The notes beneath the pieces are model-generated. The model worked only from the letters and a program-made list of their open reading frames with translations, had not been told where the DNA came from and ran no database searches. A program made the position numbers and the translations under genes. A stretch of DNA of 64,000 nt from Moorellales bacterium (GTDB lineage Bacteria > Bacillota > DSM-521 > Neomoorellales > SLTJ01), in NCBI GenBank assembly GCA_049719955.1, contig JBNARC010000005.1:3976-67975 (forward strand). The letters run 5' to 3'. Every line of letters starts with the position of its first letter. The stretch's first letter is position 1. Positions 36,986-47,100 of the stretch are shown here, piece after piece.

Positions 36986-37579
36986 CTAGCCTTGGGCCTC
37001 GGGGGGCGGCACCGGCCGGTCTTTCTCCGGGCCCAAAATACGACGCCAATATTCCTGAAAATTCTTTAGGGTTCCTCCCTCCCAATTGATCTCCTCTACC
37101 GCCTCGGCCCGGATTACTAAACTGGCGGGTCCTGCCGCCCGCACCGCCCGGGCGGGAAGCAACCCCTTTCCCCGCGCCAGCGCCTGCCAGGAACCGGGGT
37201 GAATTACGAAGTGGTCGATGTTTCCCGTCGCGTCTACCAGGTATTCCTCGGTATGGCCCCAGAAACGGCCATCCTCACTGATGACCCGGGCGCCCAGCAG
37301 ATTTACCGCCTGGCGCACCAGCGGCGCTAACTCCGGCACCTCGGAGAGACGCTTTACCGCGTTGGCATCGTCTACGGTTACCGCGTGTTCGCCTACGTTT
37401 CTTACCGCCTTAAAAGGAACCAGCCGGTGTTCTCGGAACAGGCCGCCGGGATCCAGCATCAGGGCCACTACCGTGAGGGTCTTGGGATCCACTACCGGAG
37501 CGCGGATCCGGCCCAGTTGCTGGCCGTCGGCGAGACTGACCACCGGCAACCCCAGGAGCCGGCGGCTCTTAGTCAGCAT
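36986..37579 (-). CDS. PRC-barrel domain protein
   Basis: LLGLPVVSLADGQQLGRIRAPVVDPKTLTVVALML and a second PRC-like half. A GGAGGTG SD is present. It is convergent with prs. Confidence 0.65.
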   Translation of the reverse strand: MLTKSRRLLGLPVVSLADGQQLGRIRAPVVDPKTLTVVALMLDPGGLFREHRLVPFKAVRNVGEHAVTVDDANAVKRLSEVPELAPLVRQAVNLLGARVISEDGRFWGHTEEYLVDATGNIDHFVIHPGSWQALARGKGLLPARAVRAAGPASLVIRAEAVEEINWEGGTLKNFQEYWRRILGPEKDRPVPPPEAQG

Positions 37580-37857
37580 GCTCTCACCTCCACTGCCAAT
37601 ATTATGCCGGTTCCCGGCGAATATGCCGCCTAGGGTGACGGCCGCCGAGGACAGCAGGAAGAGACTCGCTCAGATCCTTGAGTGGACATGTCGAGCCGCT
37701 TATTGACGCCCTGCTGCCTCTGCCTGTATTGCTTGGCCATGGTGGGTTCAAAGAATTCACTTTCTGTTCTCAGGGAGGCCGCCAGCGCGGTCGCTTGCTG
37801 GTCTTGCTTGGTGAGGATACTTGGTGTAGCATTATGATGCAGAGGAGGTGTGCAGTA

Positions 37858-38076
37858 GTGAGGTTCTCGGTCACCGTAGAAGCGGAGCTGCTTTCCGAGG
37901 CCATGAGGCTGAGCGGAATGAGACGCAAGCGTGAGGTGATCGAACTGGCCCTGAAGGAGTTTGTGCGCAGTAGGCAAGTGGAGGAGTTGCGGCGGCTGGC
38001 GGGGTCGGGAGTAGTGGATTGGGCGCCTGAGGAACTGGAGGCATGGAGGACGGCTGAGCCGGAGGCCAGGTCATGA
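37858..38076 (+). CDS. vapB: Type II antitoxin, VapB family
   Basis: 72 aa: VRFSVTVEAELLSEAMRLSGMRRKREVIELALKEFVR. GTG 37858 lies 7 nt after AGGAGGTG. It overlaps the PIN gene by 4 nt. Confidence 0.7.
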   Translation: MRFSVTVEAELLSEAMRLSGMRRKREVIELALKEFVRSRQVEELRRLAGSGVVDWAPEELEAWRTAEPEARS

Positions 38077-38489
38077 GCGGGGTGAGGGCCGGCGGTATAT
38101 TACCCGATACTTCGGTTTGGGTTCGGTATTTTCGCCCCAAGGGCGACGAGGACCTAAAGCGAGAGGTGGCGCAGGCTCTGGCCACGGAGGAGGTGTTCAC
38201 GTGCTGGGTGGTTAAGGCCGAGCTTCTCGTGGGGGCCAGGGACGACCAGGCCTTCGAACTGCTGCGGTCCCGCCTTGGTGCTCTAAGGGAGGTAGAACTG
38301 GTTCCCGAGATCTGGACACAAGCAGCGCGTTTGGGCCGGCGCCTCAGGCACCGGGGCTTTACCGTTCCCCTTGCGGATTTGGTAGTGGCGCAGTGCGCCA
38401 TTACGGCGGGACTGGAGCTATGGCATGCCGACGCTCACTTCGAGCACGTGCGCCACGTAGTTCCGCTGCGAATTCGCACTTTTTGCTGA
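38073..38489 (+). CDS. vapC: Type II toxin, VapC (PIN-domain ribonuclease)
   Basis: LPDTSVWV (first acidic residue), KAELLVGA, PLADLVVAQCAI and HADAHFE are consistent with the PIN acidic quartet. Confidence 0.8.
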   Translation: MSGVRAGGILPDTSVWVRYFRPKGDEDLKREVAQALATEEVFTCWVVKAELLVGARDDQAFELLRSRLGALREVELVPEIWTQAARLGRRLRHRGFTVPLADLVVAQCAITAGLELWHADAHFEHVRHVVPLRIRTFC

Positions 38490-38535
38490 ATTCAAGGCCA
38501 AACGCGGTCGAACCCGCTAAGAACTGCGGCAGACT

Positions 38536-38751
38536 ACGGTAGGGCCTTGTTCGACTGATCAAGCGGGGAAGGGCTTGCGCCCGTTCCTGCTGCGGGGCCT
38601 GGACAAGGTACGCTCGTCCTGGCGTTTCGATTGCGCGGCGCACAACCTGATAAGGCGGTTCCGGGTAGGAGCGGGGGGCCGGCCGGAAAGGGTTTTTAAT
38701 GGGGAATGGGTCAGCCGTATAGGCGGTGAAGCGCGGGCCCAAACTAAGTAG
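38536..38751 (+). pseudogene. C-terminal remnant of an IS1182/IS5-type DDE transposase
   Basis: Frame-1 translation gives ...DQAGKGLRPFLLRGLDKVRSSWRFDCAAHNLIRR..., which matches the conserved transposase C-terminus (RFLLRGLEKV...EW...AHNL.K). There is no start codon and no upstream catalytic domain. Confidence 0.45.
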
Positions 38752-38784
38752 CAGCCTTAGACTAGCGGGTGGGAGCGAGACCTT

Positions 38785-40362
38785 GTGGCGCCCAGGCCCC
38801 TGAAGAAGCCCCTGCCTTTAGACGGGGGTTCGGGCAAGAAGGCGGACGACACCGGGCTGGAGCCGGCCCTGGCCCCGGAGCTTTCCCGCAACCGGGAACT
38901 TTTAAGCGCCTATCTGGGCGGCAGCGACGACGTGGTGTTCCGGCCCCTGGAAGTAGTGGAGCCGCCGGCTAAAGGCCTGGCGGTTTACGCCGATGGCCTG
39001 GTGAAGCGGGATACGGTAGAGGAACAGATCCTCAAGCCGCTAATGCTGGAGCTGGCCATGGTGAACCGGCGGCGGGAGCCGGTTTCGGCCGCGGAACTCC
39101 TTAGCTTCCTGGAGCGGCGGGCGGTGACCGTGGGGGAGGTGCGCCGCACCTCCGGGGTAATGGAGATCGTGGTGGCCGTGCTTTCCGGAGATACGGCTTT
39201 TCTGGTGGACGGGGTGGCGGAGGCCCTGGTGGTCAATTCCCGGGGTTGGCCCAGCCGGGCGGTGGAAGAACCGGTTACCGAGTCCCTAGTACGGGGGCCT
39301 AGAGAGGGCTTCACCGAGACCCTGCGGACCAACACCGCCCTGCTGCGGCGCCACCTGCGCGATCCGCACCTGCGCATCCGGCAGTTCCGGCTGGGCCGGC
39401 GGGGTCAAACCGACTGCGCCCTGGCATACCTGGAGGGGGTGGTGCGGCCGGAAGTGGTAGAGGAGGTGAGGAAACGCCTCAAGACCATAGACATTGACTG
39501 CCTGCTGGAGACCGGCGAAGTAGAGCAGTTTATAGAGGATAGCCCTTTTTCGGTTTTTCCTCAGGTGCAGTACAGCGAGCGGCCGGACAAGGTGGTGGCT
39601 GGGCTTCTGGAAGGCCGGGTGGCGGTTCTGGTTGATGGGACCCCCTTTGTGGTAATGGTACCGGCGGTGTTCGGGCACTTCCTCACCAGCCCCGAGGACT
39701 ACTACGAGCGCTGGGTAATTGGCTCCCTGTTGCGCTTCCTGCGCTACCTTGCCTCCCTTGTGGCCACCTTCCTCCCTGCCCTTTACGTAGCCTTGACCTC
39801 CTTTCATCCCGGGCTCTGGCCCACTCCTTTGGCCCTGGCCATTGCCGCCGGTCGGGAAGGCATACCCTTCCCCTCGGTGGTGGAAGCGCTTCTCATGGAG
39901 ATAGCTTTTGAGTTCTTACGCGAGGCCGGGGCGCGGCTTCCCCGGCCCATCGGCGCCACCATCGGCATTGTGGGGGGTATCATTATCGGCGACGCCGCGG
40001 TTCGCTCTCGACTGGTCAGCCCCATAATGGTGGTAGTAGTGGCCCTCACCGCCATCGCTTCCTTTACCATTCCCGCCTACAACATGGCTATCGCTTTTCG
40101 CATCCTGCGCTTCCCCATTACCTTGGCCGCAGGAGTACTGGGCTTGTACGGGGTAATACTGGGCTTTATCGTCGTCAACGTGCACCTGGTGTGTCTCAAA
40201 AGCTTCGGAGTGGTGTACCTTTCTCCCCTGGTACCCTACCGGCGTCAGGACTGGAAGGATGCGGTATTCCGGGCCCCGCTCCGGGTAATAACCAGTCGCC
40301 CGGTAATGCTCCGACCGGTAGACCGGAAACGGCAGGTCAACCGCAAGCGGGGGGGCTGGTAA
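38785..40362 (+). CDS. Spore germination receptor subunit A (GerA/GerK/SpoVAF family)
   Basis: 525 aa with GRVAVLVDGTPFVVMVP, P.ALYVALTSFHP and REAGARLPRPIGATIGIVGGIIIGDAAV. Confidence 0.9.
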   Translation: MAPRPLKKPLPLDGGSGKKADDTGLEPALAPELSRNRELLSAYLGGSDDVVFRPLEVVEPPAKGLAVYADGLVKRDTVEEQILKPLMLELAMVNRRREPVSAAELLSFLERRAVTVGEVRRTSGVMEIVVAVLSGDTAFLVDGVAEALVVNSRGWPSRAVEEPVTESLVRGPREGFTETLRTNTALLRRHLRDPHLRIRQFRLGRRGQTDCALAYLEGVVRPEVVEEVRKRLKTIDIDCLLETGEVEQFIEDSPFSVFPQVQYSERPDKVVAGLLEGRVAVLVDGTPFVVMVPAVFGHFLTSPEDYYERWVIGSLLRFLRYLASLVATFLPALYVALTSFHPGLWPTPLALAIAAGREGIPFPSVVEALLMEIAFEFLREAGARLPRPIGATIGIVGGIIIGDAAVRSRLVSPIMVVVVALTAIASFTIPAYNMAIAFRILRFPITLAAGVLGLYGVILGFIVVNVHLVCLKSFGVVYLSPLVPYRRQDWKDAVFRAPLRVITSRPVMLRPVDRKRQVNRKRGGW

Positions 40363-40363
40363 A

Positions 40364-41467
40364 GTGGACTCCTCGCGGGGGTTCGTCGACCGCATTTCCG
40401 ACCTGCAGCTTAGCCTCCTCACCCTCTTCATGGTGATGGGGGGTAACTACTTGATAATGCCCCGCCTGGTGGTGCCGGTTGCCGGCCGGGACGGGTGGCT
40501 GGTGCTCCTGGTGGGCGGCGCCGTGGCTACCCTGGCCGCAGCCGTCATTGTCCGGCTGCAGTTGCGCTTTCCCGGCCAAACCGCCATCGCCTACAACCAA
40601 ACTTTGCTGGGCCCGCTGCTGGGGAGAATATTGAGCCTGTGGCTCTTGGCCCACTTCGCCCTGGCGGCTAGTGCCCACCTGCGTTTGCTTCTGGACAGCC
40701 TGAAGATGTTCTTGCTGCCTCGCACTCCTTTAGAAGTGACCCTGGCCTGTCTGTTGTTCGTCTCTGCCTACGCGGTTCGGCACGGAATAAACGCTTTGGC
40801 CCGTCTGGCCCAGACTTTCTTTCCTCTGGTGGTGGGGTTCCTGGCGGTAATCTTTTTGATGTTCCAGGTCACCACCGACTATCGCAACCTGCTGCCGGTG
40901 GCCGCCGGGGGCTTAAGGCCCCTGGCCCTGGGAGCGCTTACCGCGGTCGCGGCCTACCAGGGCTACGGACATATAGTATTCACCATGGCTTTTCTTCACC
41001 GGCCGGAGCAGGCCGCGGCGGCGGTAGGGCGCGGGATGCTGTTGGTTACCGGACTTTACGCTTTCACCTACGTGGTAGCGGTGGCGTCGCTGGGTCCGGA
41101 ATTGTTGGGTCACCTGCTCTACCCGGTGCTGGACCTGGTGCGCGCGCTTGATTTCCCCGCCTTGCTTTTCGAGCGGGTAGAGGTGCTGATGATAGTGGTC
41201 TGGATACTGGCCGCCTACCTGGCCTTCAGCTTGGCCTTCTACCTGGTATCTATGGGAAGCGCCCAGTTGTTGCACTTGGAAAAGCACGAGCCCCTGGTAT
41301 ATCTGTTAGTACCGGCGTTCTTTTTCCTGGCCCGGTTACCCGACAACTTGGCCGAACTGGAAGTACTGAGCCGGCTAGCCCGTATAAGTTTCTTGTTGCT
41401 GAGCGCGATTTACGCCCTGGTACTTCCCTTGGTGGTCTACCTTAAGGAGCGTGGCGCCGGTGGTTAG
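40364..41467 (+). CDS. Spore germination receptor subunit B (APC-type permease, GerAB family)
   Basis: 367-aa 10-TM ORF. It begins ISDLQLSLLTLFMVMGGNYLIMP. It lies between the A and C subunit genes. Confidence 0.85.
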   Translation: MDSSRGFVDRISDLQLSLLTLFMVMGGNYLIMPRLVVPVAGRDGWLVLLVGGAVATLAAAVIVRLQLRFPGQTAIAYNQTLLGPLLGRILSLWLLAHFALAASAHLRLLLDSLKMFLLPRTPLEVTLACLLFVSAYAVRHGINALARLAQTFFPLVVGFLAVIFLMFQVTTDYRNLLPVAAGGLRPLALGALTAVAAYQGYGHIVFTMAFLHRPEQAAAAVGRGMLLVTGLYAFTYVVAVASLGPELLGHLLYPVLDLVRALDFPALLFERVEVLMIVVWILAAYLAFSLAFYLVSMGSAQLLHLEKHEPLVYLLVPAFFFLARLPDNLAELEVLSRLARISFLLLSAIYALVLPLVVYLKERGAGG

Positions 41468-42644
41468 GCGCGCAAAGTGGTGGATGGCCTGGTGCCTGGT
41501 GGCCGGTCTGGTGCTGGGCGGGTGCTGGGACCGTATCGAGGTGGAGCACCGGGCGTTTGTAGTAGGAGTGGCGGTGGACCGAGCCCCGGAGCAAAAAGGG
41601 ACGGCGAGAGTCTCGGGGCCGCGTACTCCCCGGTTGCGGCTTACCTTTCAAGTTGCCAACCCGGTGAAGTTAGTCGGCGGAGGAAAGGAGTCCGGAGGTG
41701 GAGGCGGGGGAGCGTCGGCGGAGTTACCTTTCTGGAATTTGGTTACCGTTTCTCCCGGGATTTTTCTGGCGGTGCGGGAAGTGAGTACCCGGATAGACCG
41801 CATTCCCTACTTCGAGCACCTGCAGGTGGTGGTGCTAGGAGAAGAGGTGGCCCGGGAAGGTCTGGAACCGGCGTTGGACTTCTTTCGCCGCAACGGGGAG
41901 ATGCACGGTCGGGTGGAGGTGGCGGTGGCCCAAGGGGAGGCCCAGAAGGTGCTGACGGTTACTCCCCGGCTTCAGCCCCTACCCGCTCTATACTTGGTAG
42001 ATCTGATTCGCCTCGGGGAAAAACGCACCGGGCATCATGCGCCGACTACGGACTTAACCCAAGTTTTCGGCCGCCTGGCGGCCCAAACCGCTATGGTGTT
42101 GCCCAGAGTGGTGCCCGGTAAGCAGGAGGTAAAGGTAACGGGAGGGGCGGTGGTGCGCCGGGGTCGCTTGGTAGGCTGGCTGGGGGAAACCGAGGCCGAG
42201 GGCTACCGCTGGTTGGTAAACCGGGCGCGGGGGGTGGTGGTAGGCACCCCCGGGCCGCAGCGGGCTTTAGACGCCTTTGAGGTGTGGCACGCCCGGACGC
42301 GCCTGGTACCGCAGGTGGTAGGCGACCGGCTCCGCTTCCGGGTGATCATCGAGGCCGAAGGGGATCTCTCCGAGCACCTGGGAGTGACTTCGGCCGCTAC
42401 CGCAAACTACTTGGATAAAGCTCAGATGGAGGTAGGCCGTACCATAGCCCGGCGGGTTGAAGCCGCGGTGAAAAGGCTCCAGAGCCTTAAGGCGGACGCC
42501 GTTGGCTTCGGGCAGGAGGTGGAGCGCCGGCACCCACTTCTGTGGAAGCGTATAGAGAAGCGATGGGAAGAGGAGATTTTCCCCTCTTTACCGGTGGAGG
42601 TGGAGGCACGGGTGAAGATCCGGCAGGTGGGCCTCTACCGCTAA
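41451..42644 (+). CDS. Spore germination receptor subunit C (Ger(x)C lipoprotein)
   Basis: Lipobox LVLGGC followed by WDRIEVEHRAFVVGVAVD. The length and the C-terminal domain are typical of this family. Confidence 0.85.
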   Translation: MAPVVRRAKWWMAWCLVAGLVLGGCWDRIEVEHRAFVVGVAVDRAPEQKGTARVSGPRTPRLRLTFQVANPVKLVGGGKESGGGGGGASAELPFWNLVTVSPGIFLAVREVSTRIDRIPYFEHLQVVVLGEEVAREGLEPALDFFRRNGEMHGRVEVAVAQGEAQKVLTVTPRLQPLPALYLVDLIRLGEKRTGHHAPTTDLTQVFGRLAAQTAMVLPRVVPGKQEVKVTGGAVVRRGRLVGWLGETEAEGYRWLVNRARGVVVGTPGPQRALDAFEVWHARTRLVPQVVGDRLRFRVIIEAEGDLSEHLGVTSAATANYLDKAQMEVGRTIARRVEAAVKRLQSLKADAVGFGQEVERRHPLLWKRIEKRWEEEIFPSLPVEVEARVKIRQVGLYR

Positions 42645-42680
42645 CCGAAGGCCGGATCGGATAAGGCGAACCGGGGCAAG

Positions 42681-42962
42681 TTGATACGGCTCCTACGGGG
42701 AAGTTTGAAAGGCTTTGGAAGCGGAGTGAGAACGCTGTTCTGGGCAGTGGTGGAGTGGTTAAGCCAGCGTTTTGACTGGGCTTTGGTGGCGGTGATGGTA
42801 GCCGGCGGGGCCTGGAGTTTCTGGCTGGAGGGCCCCTCTCTGGCCGGGCGGGGTTTTGGGGCCGAAGCCAGGTTGGCCGTCTGGGGCGGGTTGGCAATGA
42901 TGCTAGGGTCGGTCTTGCTCTGGTTGCTGCTGCAGATCCTTGGCACCTTCCGGCCCCTTTAG
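42681..42962 (+). CDS. Small hypothetical membrane protein (two or three TM segments)
   Basis: 93-aa ORF with a TTG start and a weak SD. Hydrophobic segments are WALVAVMVAGGAWSFWL and VWGGLAMMLGSVLLWLLLQIL. It trails the ger operon. Confidence 0.35.
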   Translation: MIRLLRGSLKGFGSGVRTLFWAVVEWLSQRFDWALVAVMVAGGAWSFWLEGPSLAGRGFGAEARLAVWGGLAMMLGSVLLWLLLQILGTFRPL

Positions 42963-43024
42963 CCATTGGATGCCTCGGGGCGCGCCATCACTGCTTCCAG
43001 GCGGGCAGTCATCAGCCGGGCGGT

Positions 43025-43285
43025 CTAACGAATCCCCGCTTTTGGGTTGGCGGGAGGTACCGGGTGCTCGCCTGAGCACATTGGCAACTCGCCGGGAACC
43101 GAACTTGGCGAGGCCGAGTGCGAAGGCGGGTCGGAGGCCACGGACGGCCGAAGCCGAGGAGCGCCATGGACGGCGCTTCCGAGGGGAGCCCGCCGTAGCG
43201 CGAAGGCGGAGCCTTAGTTCGGTCGGCGAGGTGACAGTGCGAACGGCGAATACCCGGTACCTCCCAAGAAAACCGGGGCACATCC
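43025..43285 (+). repeat. Full-length copy (C) of the ~270-nt hairpin-forming dispersed intergenic repeat
   Basis: Terminal inverted repeat GGGAGGTACCGGGTGCTCGCC (43052-43072) / GGCGAATACCCGGTACCTCCC (43245-43265). Outer stem CCCCGCTTTT / AAAACCGGGG. The core is near-identical to copy B across 43073-43244. Confidence 0.85.
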
Positions 43286-43298
43286 GCCGGGCGGCCTC

Positions 43299-43327
43299 TT
43301 GGAGCCCCAGCCGGGTTATGGTATGCT
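43299..43327 (+). promoter_or_regulatory. Sigma-A-type promoter for pth
   Basis: TTGGAG (43299-43304), 17-nt spacer, TGgTATGCT (43319-43327). Confidence 0.4.
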
Positions 43328-43359
43328 TAGGCGAGGATTTCTGCCGGTAAGGAGGCCTA

Positions 43360-43932
43360 ATGGTGATACGGCTGGTGGTGGGATTGGGCAACCCCGGTCG
43401 GCGTTACCGGCGCACCCGGCATAATCTGGGGCAAGTAGTGGTGGAAGTCTTAGCCCGGCAATTGGGTGCCGATCCCTGGCAACGGGAGGGACAAACCGAG
43501 ACCGCCCGCCTGAGACGTACCGGGGTAGAAGTGGTCCTGGCCAAACCCCTTACTTTCATGAACCTCAGCGGCAGTGTCGTGGCCCCCCTGGTGCGAAGCC
43601 TGAAGGCGGCTCCGGAGGAAGTGGTGCTGGTGCACGACGATCTCGATCTGCCGGTCGGCCGGATCCGACTGCGACCCGGCGGCAGCGCCGGCGGCCACCG
43701 GGGGGTGGCTTCGGTTCTAGAGGCCTTGGGGAGCGATCGGGTGGGGCGGGTTAAGCTGGGAATCGGGCGGCCCCCGGTGGGCGTGGATCCGGCCGAGTAC
43801 GTGCTGCAACCTCTTTCCGAAGCGGAGTGGGACGCCTTTGCCGGTCCCGTGGAACGGGCTGCCGAAGCTCTAGAATTCCTGCTTAGTGGCGCTGCCTGGG
43901 CCGAGGCCATGAACCGGTTCAACGGCACCTAG
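43360..43932 (+). CDS. pth: Peptidyl-tRNA hydrolase
   Basis: LVVGLGNPGRRYRRTRHNLG, FMNLSGSVV and VHDDLDLPVGRIRLRPGGSAGGHRG. Confidence 0.95.
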   Translation: MVIRLVVGLGNPGRRYRRTRHNLGQVVVEVLARQLGADPWQREGQTETARLRRTGVEVVLAKPLTFMNLSGSVVAPLVRSLKAAPEEVVLVHDDLDLPVGRIRLRPGGSAGGHRGVASVLEALGSDRVGRVKLGIGRPPVGVDPAEYVLQPLSEAEWDAFAGPVERAAEALEFLLSGAAWAEAMNRFNGT

Positions 43933-43956
43933 GTCGGCCGAAGCCGACCCGGTTTT
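43932..43956 (+). terminator. Hairpin with T tract after pth
   Basis: GGTCGGC-CGAA-GCCGACC followed by CGGTTTT. Confidence 0.4.
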
Positions 43957-43984
43957 GATGTCAGAATGTCGGCGACGCGGTTTC

Positions 43985-44013
43985 TTGACCCGCCGGAACG
44001 GTTACACTATAAT
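43985..44013 (+). promoter_or_regulatory. Sigma-A-type promoter for mfd
   Basis: TTGACC (43985-43990), 17-nt spacer, TATAAT (44008-44013). Confidence 0.55.
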
Positions 44014-44156
44014 GGGTACGCAGCCGCCCCGGACGCGGGCTCAAAGCGCTTCTGCCGTAGAGGCAGGCGCTACCGCCTTCCAGGCCGGAATGGAGGGCGA
44101 TCCAGAGGTGCCTTGACCGGGGGCGGGGGGCCATTATTTCTTGAGGTGATGCTTCC

Positions 44157-47100
44157 TTGCCGCTAGCGGGGCTGATAGAAATTATAAGTAAAAGCGAAGA
44201 ATTCCGTCAGACGCTCCAGGGTTTCTCCGGTACCGTGCGCCGTCAATTGGTATACGGTCTTAACGACGGAGCCATCGGTCTGTGGCTGGCCGCCTTGTAC
44301 CGGCAGACCCGATTCTCTTTCTTGGTAGTGGCTCCGAACGTGACCGAGGCGCAGCGATTGGCCGGAGACCTGCAAACGCTTGTGGGGTCGGAAACTCAGC
44401 TCTTCCCGGCGCGGGAAGTGGTACCGGGGGAGGTTATTGCCCAGAGCCCGGAGCTGGAGAGTGTGCGGTTGGCGGTTCTAGAACGCATACGTCAGGGGCG
44501 AAGTCTGGTGGTGGCCCCCGCGGAGGCGGCGGCCCAGCCCTTGTTGCCTCCTGAGGTGCTGGACCAGGCGCGGCTGACCATACGCCGGGGTGAGCAAATG
44601 GATTGGGATGAGTTACTGGCCCGCGTGGAATACCTGGGGTACGACCGGGTAGATCTGGTAGAGGTCCCCGGTCAGTACAGCGTTCGCGGCGGGTTGATAG
44701 ATATCTATCCTCGGTCGGCCGAGCATCCGGTGCGGGTGGAATTCTTTGGGGATGAGGTGGCGTCCTTAAGGCCCTTTAACCCGCAGACCCAGCGCTCTAC
44801 CGGAGAAGTCCCGGAGGTCGAGATCGGCCCCGCCCGGGAAATGCTCTTGCCCGCGCCTATATGGGAGAAGGGAGTGTCCGAGTGGGAAGCGGACCTGCGG
44901 GCGGCCACGGAACGTCTTTCCCGCCGGAACCGGGCGGCAGCCCAGAACTTGAGCCGATACCTGGGCGAGCGGCTGGAGCGGGCCCGGCAGGGCCTGAAGG
45001 GATTACGCCTGGACGATCTTTGGGTCTATTTCTATCCTGAGTCTCGCTTTCTCTGGCATTATTTTTCTCCTGCACCGTTGGTGGTGTTGGTGGAGCCGGC
45101 CCGGGTGGCCGAGGGTTTGGACTTCATTCGGCGCGAACGGCTGGAATTGTATCGAGCGCTTATCGAGCAGGGTAAAGCCCTCCCGCGCCAGGCCCGGCCG
45201 GAGCCTGATCTGCAGCAGTTAGCGGTCGATTGGCAAAAGGGACCGCTTCTGGGCTTTTCGCCCTTGCCCCGGTCGGTGGCGGGGATAAGCTGGCAGAAGG
45301 TCGTTTCGGTACGTGCCAAACAGCCCCCGCAGGGGCTGGTCGGCAAGCCGGGCCTGCTGACCGAGATGCTGCGCCGGTGGCAGGCAGAAGGGTATACCCG
45401 GGTGATAATCCTGGGCGGACCGCAGCGGGCCCGGCACCTGGCGGAGGCCCTAAGGGAGGACGGTTTTTCCGTAGTCCTGGACGACGGAAAAAAAGAGGGA
45501 ATTCCCGAAGGACAAACCTTCGTCACCTGGGGCGGGTTCAGCCAGGGAACCGAGCTTCCCGACTTGCGGCTGGTGGTGTTGAGTGAGACCGAAGTTTACG
45601 GTCAACAGCGCCGCCCCCGGCCGTTGCCGGTCTTTCGGGAGGGCGCGAGGCTGGCGAGCTTCACCGAACTGGCCGAGGGAGACTATGTGGTGCACATTCA
45701 TCACGGCATCGGGCGTTACCAGGGGATAAAGAGGCTTACCGTGGGCGGGGTGGAGAAGGATTACCTGCTCATTCAGTATGCCGGCGAGGACCGGCTTTAC
45801 GTTCCCGTGGACCAGATCTCTCTGGTCCACAAGTACATCGGTAGCCCTGACGGTCAGCCCCCTAAACTCAGCCGCCTTTCCAGTAGCGAGTGGGCCCGGG
45901 TGAAGAGCCGGGTGAAGAGCACGGTACGCGACTTGGCTAAGGAATTGCTGGAGCTGTACGCCACTCGGGAAACCATCATAGGGCACGCCTACGGCCCGGA
46001 TACCGTATGGCAGCAGGAGTTCGAAGAGGCCTTTCCCTATCGGGAGACGCCGGACCAACTACGGGCGATCGCCGAGGTCAAAGCCGACATGCAGCGGCCC
46101 AAGCCCATGGATCGGCTGCTGTGCGGCGACGTGGGTTACGGTAAGACCGAGGTGGCTCTGCGCGCCGCCTTCAAGGCGGTTATGGAGAACAAACAGGTGG
46201 CGGTGCTGGTGCCCACCACGGTGCTGGCCCAGCAGCACTATCGGACCTTCAGCGAGCGCTTTGCTCCCTATCCGGTGAAGGTAGAGGTCTTAAGCCGTTT
46301 CCGCACTCCCAAGGAGCAGCGGGAGATCGTGCGCGGTCTGGCCCAGGGACAGATAGACATCGTCATCGGCACCCATCGGCTGCTTTCGCGGGACGTAAAG
46401 TTCAAAGATCTGGGCCTGCTGATAATCGACGAAGAGCAACGCTTCGGGGTGACTCATAAGGAGAAAATAAAGCAATTGCGGCGCTCGGTGGACGTGCTCA
46501 CCTTAAGCGCAACTCCTATTCCCCGCACCCTGCACATGTCTTTGGTAGGAGTGCGGGACATGAGCCTGATCGAGACTGCTCCCGAGGACCGCTACCCGGT
46601 ACAGACCTACGTAGTGGAGTACAGCGAGGAATTGGTGCGGGAGGCCATTCGGCGTGAGTTGGGTCGAGGTGGTCAAGTCTACTTTGTCCACAACCGTATT
46701 GCCGACATCGAGCCGGTAGCGGCGCGGATCAAAGAATTGGTGCCCGAGGCGCGGGTAGCGGTGGGACACGGTCGGCTACCGGAAGAAGAGCTGGAGCAGG
46801 TGATGGTGGATTTCGTGGAAGGGCGTTACGACGTCCTAGTTTGCACCACCATTATCGAGAACGGCCTGGATATCCCTAACGTTAATACCTTAATCGTAGA
46901 CGAGGCCGATACCTTTGGTTTGGCCCAACTGTATCAGTTGCGAGGGCGGGTGGGCCGGTCCAACCGGGTGGCCTACGCCTACTTTACCTACCGACGCGAC
47001 CGGGTTATTAATCCTCTGGCGGAGAAGCGGCTGGCGGCCATTAGTGAATTCACCGCTCTGGGCTCCGGCTTCAAGATAGCCCTGCGGGACCTGGAGCTAA

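Noticed and set aside
43966-44166. A 66-aa ORF in the mfd leader.
   Set aside because: It has no SD, it overlaps the predicted mfd promoter, and its composition is Arg/Gly-rich, as expected of non-coding GC-rich sequence.
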